32,000 bases of DNA from Sinorhizobium meliloti (lineage in GTDB: Bacteria > Pseudomonadota > Alphaproteobacteria > Rhizobiales > Rhizobiaceae), in NCBI RefSeq assembly GCF_017876815.1, contig NZ_JAGIOS010000002.1:930001-962000 (forward strand), given 5' to 3'. Position 1 is the first letter of the stretch, and the number at the start of each line of letters is the position of its first letter. Positions 25,664 through 32,000 of this stretch are shown piece after piece. Both the position numbers and the translations under genes were made by a program. The notes beneath the pieces were generated by a model. The model had not been told where the DNA came from, made no database searches, and saw only the letters and a program-made list of their open reading frames with translations.

Positions 25664-26833
25664 ATGACGGCTGTCGACGATCTTGACCGCAAACCCGCCG
25701 AGGCGGTGCGGCTCGCGACATCACGCGCCGACGATGCGTTCACTGCCCTCGCTGAAATCAGACGGCAGCTCGCCACGGCGAGGCCGAGCTTCATCTTTCT
25801 GTTCGTGCCGAACCGGCTGCAGCCGGACGACCTTGCCGCGGCGCTCAGAAAGTCGCTGCCGAATACGGTCGTCTTCGGCTGCACGACAGCCGGCCAGATC
25901 ACGCCGCGCGGCTATGAAAACGATACTCTGCTGGCGGTCGCCTTCCAGCGGCATCATTTTCGGGTGGCCTCGATTCTGTTCCAACCGATTTCCCCGGTCT
26001 CGATCGCCGACGTCGTTTCGCAGACGGAGCGGCTCGCCACGCAGTTCCGCGTGACGCCGGGCCGGAAGCGGCTGGCGCTGATCTTTGCCGACGGACTGTC
26101 CAAGCAGGAGGATATTCTGGTTGCGGCCCTGGAGGCGGGGCTGAAGGACATTCCCGTTTTTGGCGGTTCGGCCGGCGACGGGCTGCGGTTCCAGCGCACC
26201 CAGGTGCTTCGAAACGGTGAATTCCACAGCAATGCCGCGCTCCTCCTGCTGCTCGAAACCGATCTGGAGTTCAGCGGTCTCGGCTTCGACCATTTTCAGC
26301 CCACCGACAAGCGCATGGTGGTTACCCGCGCTGTCCCGGAGGAACGGCTGGTCCTGGAGATCAACGGCTCGCCGGCGGCGGAGGAATATGCCCGGCTGGT
26401 CAAGGTGCCGGTCGGCGAATTGTCGCCGATGGTCTTCGCCGAGAATCCGGTGCTGGTACGCAACGGCAATCTCTATCACGTGCGGGCGATCCAGCAGATT
26501 CAAGGCGAGCACGGGCTCACCTTCCTGTCGGCGATCGACGATGGCCTGCTGTTGCGCCTCGGCCGCGGCAAGGAGATCATTCGCACGCTCGAGACGGGGC
26601 TGGCGGTCAGCGGCCATGACGGTGAGGCCCCGGATTTCATCCTCGGTTTCGATTGCTATCTACGCAAGCTCGAGATCGAGCGCAAGGGTCTGGACAGCGA
26701 GGTTTCCGAGCAGTTGCGGCAGCGCCGCGTCGTCGGCTTCAACACCTATGGAGAACAGCATCTCGGCGTGCACGTGAACCAGACCTTTGTCGGCGTCGCC
26801 TTTTTCCGGCCGAAGGCGGGCGCGCCGCTATGA
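25664..26833 (+). CDS. FIST-domain (FIST_N plus FIST_C) sensory protein, NosP-like
   Basis: VVFGCTTAGQIT and IPVFGGSAGDG are the contexts I associate with FIST_N. 389 aa with no TM segments. The stop overlaps the start of the downstream kinase (ATGA at 26830-26833). Confidence 0.75.
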   Translation: MTAVDDLDRKPAEAVRLATSRADDAFTALAEIRRQLATARPSFIFLFVPNRLQPDDLAAALRKSLPNTVVFGCTTAGQITPRGYENDTLLAVAFQRHHFRVASILFQPISPVSIADVVSQTERLATQFRVTPGRKRLALIFADGLSKQEDILVAALEAGLKDIPVFGGSAGDGLRFQRTQVLRNGEFHSNAALLLLLETDLEFSGLGFDHFQPTDKRMVVTRAVPEERLVLEINGSPAAEEYARLVKVPVGELSPMVFAENPVLVRNGNLYHVRAIQQIQGEHGLTFLSAIDDGLLLRLGRGKEIIRTLETGLAVSGHDGEAPDFILGFDCYLRKLEIERKGLDSEVSEQLRQRRVVGFNTYGEQHLGVHVNQTFVGVAFFRPKAGAPL

Positions 26834-29073
26834 TCGATCCGAACGAGCCCTACGAACTTCAGATCGCCAAGCAGGCAAGGATCATCGAGGCGCTGGTCAA
26901 CCGGGCCGAGCGCGGCCACGAAGTCGGTGGCTCCGCCTATTCGCTCTTCGAATCCGCCATCGCCCTTCAGGCGGAGGTCTGGGAAAAGACCAAGGATCTC
27001 GAAAAGGCCCTCGATACGCTCGACCGGGCCTCGAGCGAGCTCGAGGTCGCCTACCAGGCGCAGGAGCGGATACAGAGAAACCTCGCCGATGCCATGGTGG
27101 CGATGGAGGACGGTTTCGCACTCTTTTCCGAAGAGCGACTGCAGGCCTGCAATGCCCAGTTCCGCAATTTGCTGCCCGATGTGGAGCCGCTGATCAAGCC
27201 CGGCCTCGGTTTCGACGACTATCTCGCGGCGGTCAACGCAAGCAAGTATCTGAACCGGGAGGAGAATGGCTTGGCGGCCCGGCCTCACCCGGTGGCGAGG
27301 GAGCAGGGATCCGGCCAGCGCTTTTCGTCCTTCGTGATGGTGCTGCGGAACGATCGCTGGTTTCAGATTTCCTACCGGCAGACCAGTTCCGGCAACATCA
27401 CGGTCCTGCAGACCGAAATCACCGACATCGTGCGGGAGAACCGGCGCGAGAAGAACCGCCTGATCGACCAGCAGTCCCATCTGCTGCAGGCGGCCTTCGA
27501 TCACATGTCGCTCGGCATCTGCACGTTTTCGTCAGGCGGCGAGTTGCTGGTTCGCAACGAGCGCTTCGGTGAGCTTCTCGGCGTGCCGCTTTCGCTTCTG
27601 AAAAAGGGAAGTCCCTTCCAGCGCATCGTAGAACATGTCGAGCGCCACGAGATTCTCGACCGCGAAGGGCGCCGGTCCCGGGTCGCCGGCTGGTTCAAGG
27701 CGGTGCGCCGCGGCGAGGCGGTGCAGGAGCGCTTCCGCCGGCGCGACGGAATGAGCCTCGACATCCGTATCCATTCCCTGCCCGATGACGGTTTCATCGT
27801 CTCGATCATGGACGTGACGGCAGAGACGCAGGCCTCGGCGCTTCTGGAGCAGCGGGTGCAGGAGCGCACGGCCGAATTGACCGAGGCCAATCGCCTGCTG
27901 CAGATACACGCCGACGAGCAGACCAAGATCGAGGCGGCGCTTCGGCACGCCAAGGAGGCTGCCGAGGCAGCCCACACATCCAAGACCCGCTTTCTGGCGG
28001 CGGCCAGTCATGATCTCCTTCAGCCGATCAACGCCGCGAAACTCTATCTGTCGATGCTGACGGACAAGGTGGGGCAGCCGGGCACGGAGGAAGTGGTCAG
28101 GCGCCTGAAGCGATCCTTCACCTCGATCGAATCGCTCCTGCAGGCGCTTCTCGACATTTCGCGCCTCGACAGTTCGGGAGCCGAGTTCAACGTCACCTCG
28201 TTCAATCTCGGGAACCTGCTGCAGGGCGTGGCCGAGGATCTGGCGCCCTTGGCGACGGAAAGGGGGATCGACCTTCGGATCGTGCCTTCCTCACGATGGG
28301 TCAGCAGCGATCAGCGCTACCTGATGCGCTGCGTCCAGAACCTTGTCGTGAACGCCATTCAATATACGGAGCGCGGTCGTGTGCTGGTCGGTTGCCGGCT
28401 GACGGGCGATGCCGTGCGGATAGAGGTATGGGATACCGGCGTCGGAATATCCGAGGAAGACCGGACACGAATATTCAAGGAGTTCACCCGGGCAAGTGGC
28501 GCGGCGAAAGGCCCGGGCATGGGACTTGGCCTGTCGATCGTCGAGCGGGCATGCCGGCATCTCGATCACCCCATCCGGCTGGCATCGCAGCCGGGCCGGG
28601 GCTCCGTCTTCTCGATCGAAGTGCCGCTGGCCGCGCCCGGCCATGCCAGCGTCAGCGAGGACCCGAGGATGGAGGCGATGCTCGACGGCAGCCTCGATCT
28701 GATCGTGATGATCGTCGAGAACGATGCCGACGAGCTGCACGCGATGACGCAGGTTCTGGAAAGCTGGGGAGCCAGCGTTCTGGCAGCGGACTCGACTGCG
28801 GATGCGGCGGCGCTGATGCAGGAAATCGGCACGGCCCCCGACATCTTGCTGGTCGATTATCAGCTGGATGATGAGGACAACGGCATAGAAACCATCCATA
28901 CGCTGCGCGCGCTCGCAGGAGCCGAAATACCGGCGATCATCATTTCCGCCAACCGACAGCGGCAATTCCTGCAGCTCTGTAACGAAATGTCCTTCGCCGT
29001 GCTCACCAAGCCTGTGCAGCTGGTGCGGCTCAGGGCACTGATCGACTGGAAGACCCGGGCCTGCGTGGCGTGA
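26830..29073 (+). CDS. Cytoplasmic PAS-containing hybrid sensor histidine kinase/response regulator (NahK/ErcS-prime-like)
   Basis: No TM segments. N-terminal coiled-coil plus PAS-like regions. H-box KTRFLAAASHDLLQP. HATPase region EVWDTGVGISEEDRTRIFKEF...GMGLGLSIV. C-terminal REC domain VMIVENDADE...ILLVDYQLDD. This is an internal start within track ORF 26653..29073. Confidence 0.88.
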   Translation: MIDPNEPYELQIAKQARIIEALVNRAERGHEVGGSAYSLFESAIALQAEVWEKTKDLEKALDTLDRASSELEVAYQAQERIQRNLADAMVAMEDGFALFSEERLQACNAQFRNLLPDVEPLIKPGLGFDDYLAAVNASKYLNREENGLAARPHPVAREQGSGQRFSSFVMVLRNDRWFQISYRQTSSGNITVLQTEITDIVRENRREKNRLIDQQSHLLQAAFDHMSLGICTFSSGGELLVRNERFGELLGVPLSLLKKGSPFQRIVEHVERHEILDREGRRSRVAGWFKAVRRGEAVQERFRRRDGMSLDIRIHSLPDDGFIVSIMDVTAETQASALLEQRVQERTAELTEANRLLQIHADEQTKIEAALRHAKEAAEAAHTSKTRFLAAASHDLLQPINAAKLYLSMLTDKVGQPGTEEVVRRLKRSFTSIESLLQALLDISRLDSSGAEFNVTSFNLGNLLQGVAEDLAPLATERGIDLRIVPSSRWVSSDQRYLMRCVQNLVVNAIQYTERGRVLVGCRLTGDAVRIEVWDTGVGISEEDRTRIFKEFTRASGAAKGPGMGLGLSIVERACRHLDHPIRLASQPGRGSVFSIEVPLAAPGHASVSEDPRMEAMLDGSLDLIVMIVENDADELHAMTQVLESWGASVLAADSTADAAALMQEIGTAPDILLVDYQLDDEDNGIETIHTLRALAGAEIPAIIISANRQRQFLQLCNEMSFAVLTKPVQLVRLRALIDWKTRACVA

Positions 29074-29179
29074 GACAAACACAGACAAAGGTCTCCGATG
29101 ACATTGCCGGGGCCGCTGCTAGGCTCGAAGCCGGTAAACGGAGCCTCGGAACGGGCCGCAATCGGACGGTGGATCTGCG

Positions 29180-29851
29180 ATGCGTATTTTTCTCCTGATC
29201 GCTCTATTCCTGCTGGGGCCGGGGCACGGACCCGTGGCTGCTGCGGAGACCTACGAGCTCCTCTTCCATTCGGCGGCGTTGAAAGGGCTGGACGCGGCGA
29301 AGCACGGTTCCGAAGCGGAGCAGAGCTCGCTCGTCTACGACAAGGTCGTGTCGGGCGCCGATGCAGGGCAGAGAGCGGGCAGCTTCACGGTCGGTCTCAA
29401 GGTTGACGACAATGTCGCGATGACGCTCTACCAGGGCAGCCAGTCCCGGGGGCTCGGCAACTATCCAACCTCGGTCGGCAATCCGCTCATCATGTATTTT
29501 CTCGAAAGCGTGCTTTCCGATCTTGCGGCACAATCCGGCGGCAGTCCCTTCTACATGCGCAACCGCGTCAAGGAAGCCCTGCTGCGAGATGCGCAGATCG
29601 AGCCGGTATCGCTGCGCTATCACGACCGTGAAATCGCCGCGCGCGAGGTGACGATCCGGCCTTTCGAACACGACAAGGCGCGCGCGCAAATGGGGCGGAT
29701 CTCGCAATTGTCGCTCGCCGTCACCGTGTCGGAAGAGATTCCCGGCTGGTACTATTCGCTGGTGGCCACCGTTCCTTCGGCGTCGGGCGGGGCCGAGGCC
29801 GGCTATTCCCACGCGATCACCTTGAAAGAAGCTGCGGAGGGCCGGCCATGA
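29180..29851 (+). CDS. Hypothetical secreted protein (223 aa, Cys-free when mature)
   Basis: Signal peptide MRIFLLIALFLLGPGHGPVAAAE. Coding-like composition. The stop overlaps the next start (ATGATG at 29848-29853). I recognise no family. Confidence 0.6.
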   Translation: MRIFLLIALFLLGPGHGPVAAAETYELLFHSAALKGLDAAKHGSEAEQSSLVYDKVVSGADAGQRAGSFTVGLKVDDNVAMTLYQGSQSRGLGNYPTSVGNPLIMYFLESVLSDLAAQSGGSPFYMRNRVKEALLRDAQIEPVSLRYHDREIAAREVTIRPFEHDKARAQMGRISQLSLAVTVSEEIPGWYYSLVATVPSASGGAEAGYSHAITLKEAAEGRP

Positions 29852-30201
29852 TGCGCGCCGCCCTGGCAGCGCTCGCAATCGCGATGGCGGCAATCCCCGC
29901 AAGCGGGCAGAGCATGTCCGAGCGCCTCAACGATTACCCCACCGAGGCCCGGGCCGACTATGTGTTCGGCTGCATGGCCGCCAACGGCCAGAGTCGGGAA
30001 GTATTGGGCAAATGCGCCTGCTCGATCGATGTGATCGCTTCCATCCTGCCCTATGACAAATATGTCCAGGCTGAAACGGTGCTGTCTCTCCAGCAGGGGA
30101 GCGGCGAGCAGCTGGCCATGTTCAAGTCGGCGGTCGTGCCACGCACCATGGTCGCGGATATGAGACGCGCCCAGGCCGAGGCGGAGATGCTGTGTTTTTA
30201 A
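29848..30201 (+). CDS. Hypothetical small secreted protein with four mature-region cysteines (117 aa)
   Basis: Signal peptide MMRAALAALAIAMAAIPASGQ. Cys contexts are FGCMAANG, GKCACSID and a C-terminal MLCF. It is translationally coupled to the preceding ORF. Confidence 0.6.
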   Translation: MMRAALAALAIAMAAIPASGQSMSERLNDYPTEARADYVFGCMAANGQSREVLGKCACSIDVIASILPYDKYVQAETVLSLQQGSGEQLAMFKSAVVPRTMVADMRRAQAEAEMLCF

Positions 30202-30203
30202 AA

Positions 30204-30247
30204 GCACTTCCAGGAAAAGTGTGTAGCGGTTCTTCGTCGGGAAGTGC
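30204..30247. repeat. Intergenic hairpin/repeat (GCACTTCC-N28-GGAAGTGC) containing GAAAAGTGTGTAGCGGTTCTTCG
   Basis: 8-bp arms at 30204-30211 and 30240-30247, between convergent genes. From memory, the loop string resembles the GGAAAAGTGTGnAGCGGTTTTCCG repeat widespread in Rhizobium/Agrobacterium intergenic regions. Confidence 0.45.
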
Positions 30248-30274
30248 GTGGCCTCAGGCTGATTCAGCTATCAT

Positions 30275-31087
30275 TCAGGCGGGCGGCGTCTTCGGCAGGA
30301 CGCGGTCGAAGACATTGCCGTCCGTGTCGACCGCATGGACCGTGAAGTCCGGGGCACCATTGTCGGTATAGCTGAAGCGGAACACGGGATTTTCACTGAT
30401 CGATATCCCGCCGTCGAGCGCGAACAGAAGCTCGTCTCCCTGCTTCACGACCAATTCGGTGATGAATTTCGCACTGACGAAGAGCTGAGTGATCTGGTCC
30501 CGCTGGAGACCGGAATAGTTCGGATGGCGGATCATGATCTGCGCCTCGCGGCGGGCTTTTTGTACTTCGCCCTTGCCATCGAAGAGCTTCAGCCGCATCT
30601 CTCCCATGTCCTTCAGCGCCGCGACCGGGTCCTTTGTGGCGGGCGCCGAGCAGCCGCCGGATGCCTTGACGAAGCGGCCATTCATGAAAATGCCCCGCGG
30701 CGTTTCGGCGATCGCTCGGATGTTCGAATATTGGTTGACGCGCACGCGGGTTTCGAATTTCAGCGGTGCCATTGCGGGGCCGAAGCGGATTTCGGCGGCC
30801 ACCGGCGCCGGGTTCTCGTCGATCACCAGCTTGAGGGATTCGATCGGGTCCGCCGCCGCGTCCGTCTGCTCGATCGTGACCGGCACCGTCGCGGCGTCGT
30901 TGGCGCGGTAGGGCGCGGTGACGGAGAACAGGGCGGAGCCGTCGAGAATGGCCGCCTCGCCGACGACGTCGCCCTTCAAATCGCGCCAGGTCGTGCCGTC
31001 TGCTAGCGGGTTGTTCGGCTTCTCCGGCTCGGCAAGTGCGAGGCTTGCCGTCAGCGTGACGGGAATAAGCGCGAGAATGAGCTTCAT
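30275..31087 (-). CDS. Fused SoxY-SoxZ-like periplasmic carrier protein (quinoprotein dehydrogenase-associated SoxYZ-like carrier type)
   Basis: Signal peptide MKLILALIPVTLTASLALAE. The SoxY-like carrier cysteine motif KASGGCSAP has its Cys codon at 30650-30652. The C-terminal half is SoxZ-like beta-rich (QIMIRHPNYSGLQ...ISENPVFRF). Confidence 0.75.
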   Translation of the reverse strand: MKLILALIPVTLTASLALAEPEKPNNPLADGTTWRDLKGDVVGEAAILDGSALFSVTAPYRANDAATVPVTIEQTDAAADPIESLKLVIDENPAPVAAEIRFGPAMAPLKFETRVRVNQYSNIRAIAETPRGIFMNGRFVKASGGCSAPATKDPVAALKDMGEMRLKLFDGKGEVQKARREAQIMIRHPNYSGLQRDQITQLFVSAKFITELVVKQGDELLFALDGGISISENPVFRFSYTDNGAPDFTVHAVDTDGNVFDRVLPKTPPA

Positions 31088-31260
31088 GGTTCAAAGCCCC
31101 CTTTTTGGACAGGCTGCGAGTATCTTATAGCATAGAACGAGATGCCCGGGAGCAGAAGCGAGCCTTTCGGATATGTTGTCTGGCGCGACCGGCGGCCGCA
31201 ATCTTGTAGATCGCCGAGTTCGTGTATCGCCCACTTTTTCGAAAATGCCGGGGGCTCGAG

Positions 31261-32000
31261 GTGTTCGAAGCATTCGTGACGATGTGCATCCTTGCTGCAG
31301 CCGTTCCTGACGCGCCGCCGAGCGAGATGTGCCGGGCGGCATTGCTGCCCGGCTTTGCGGCGGAGACGAAAGCGGGGTGCGAGCATGCGTTGCACTCCGT
31401 CATACGCAAGCCGGACGACTGGACCGAGAAGCCGCCATTTTGTGCCCCGAGGCCGAAGTCGGCTCTTTCCTTCAGCGAAGCGGCCCCAGGGGTCTTCCTG
31501 CATCGCGGCCGGGTGGCGGAGCCGGATGCGGAAAACGGCGGCGACGTGTCCAACTTCGGCTTCGTCGTAGGGTCGCGCAGCATCGCCGTGATCGATTCCG
31601 GCGGCGCGCGCAAACTCGGAGAAGAGATCTATCTGGCGATCCGCGAACGAAGTCGCCTGCCGATCAGCCATCTGGTCCTGACGCATATGCATCCGGACCA
31701 CGTCTTCGGCGCCGAGCCGCTCCGCGAGGCAGGCGCGGCAGTGCTCGGCCAGGCGAATTTACCGCGTGCGCTCTCCGACCGCGCCGAAGACTATCGCGCA
31801 AGCTACGCCCGTCGGATCGGCGAGGCGGCCTTCCTGGGCAGCCGCATAGTCGCGCCGGATCGGACGATAGCGCAGCAGGAGGCGATCGACCTCGGCGGCA
31901 GGGTGCTGGAGCTGCGCGCCTGGCCAACGGCGCACACCTCTACCGACCTCACTGTCTTCGACCGGACGTCCGGTATCCTTTTCGCCGGCGATCTTCTGTT
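31261..32000 (+). CDS. MBL-fold metallo-hydrolase (quinoprotein relay system zinc metallohydrolase-like), N-terminal part; the gene runs off the window edge
   Basis: Hand translation in frame 1: ...FGFVVGSRSIAVIDSGGARKLGEEIYLAIRERSRLPISHLVLTHMHPDHVFGAEPL...WPTAHTSTDLTVFDRTSGILFAGDL. THMHPDH is the HxHxDH metallo-beta-lactamase motif. The start is GTG 31261 (GGGGG 6 nt upstream) or ATG 31282. The ORF is not in the track because it is open-ended. Confidence 0.8.
   Translation, partial: MFEAFVTMCILAAAVPDAPPSEMCRAALLPGFAAETKAGCEHALHSVIRKPDDWTEKPPFCAPRPKSALSFSEAAPGVFLHRGRVAEPDAENGGDVSNFGFVVGSRSIAVIDSGGARKLGEEIYLAIRERSRLPISHLVLTHMHPDHVFGAEPLREAGAAVLGQANLPRALSDRAEDYRASYARRIGEAAFLGSRIVAPDRTIAQQEAIDLGGRVLELRAWPTAHTSTDLTVFDRTSGILFAGDLL

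Noticed and set aside
31084-31927. Minus-strand ORFs 31084..31701, 31125..31613 and 31664..31927
   Set aside because: They lie antisense to the open-ended plus-strand MBL-hydrolase gene, whose translation carries the HxHxDH motif. Their own translations are low-complexity.

Overview
High-GC window that looks alphaproteobacterial, probably Rhizobiales (inferred from gene content and two intergenic palindromes I recognise from memory, not verified). It is gene-dense accessory metabolism. I found no rRNA, tRNA, CRISPR array, transposase, integrase or phage genes. Most long ORFs in the supplied track are antisense shadows of the real genes, and several real genes start at internal ATGs with good Shine-Dalgarno (SD) sites, so I re-called those starts by hand.

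Three modules are visible.

(A) 1-12.1 kb: a catabolic locus for an unassigned N-heterocyclic compound, possibly nucleobase-like. It has an edge-truncated cytosine-deaminase-type amidohydrolase. Diverging from it are a GntR regulator, a three-subunit CoxM/S/L-type molybdenum hydroxylase and a His-rich COG0523 GTPase. Converging on these is a minus-strand operon: two tandem PF04909-type amidohydrolase paralogs (one has lost the HxH metal motif), UbiD, UbiX and an NCS2 xanthine-type permease.

(B) 12.9-24.3 kb: an acid-sugar or ulosonic-acid-like utilisation locus. It encodes a PepT-type ABC importer plus a DHDPS/NanA-family lyase. Diverging from these are a signal-less BNR/Asp-box protein, a PdxA-family dehydrogenase and an Fe-alcohol dehydrogenase. 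A DUF1537 four-carbon acid-sugar kinase and a GntR regulator complete it.

(C) 24.3-32 kb: a LuxR-type response regulator, a FIST (NosP-like) protein and a cytoplasmic PAS hybrid kinase (NahK/ErcS-prime-like). These are followed by two unknown secreted proteins, a fused SoxYZ-like carrier and an MBL-fold hydrolase, which together look like the edge of a 'quinoprotein relay system'.

The best candidates for undescribed biology are module A as a whole, especially the active/degenerate amidohydrolase pair together with UbiD/UbiX and a purine-type permease. Next are the hybrid module B pathway and the uncharacterised periplasmic SoxYZ/MBL relay. All functional calls rest on motifs I read in the translations. 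No database search was run.
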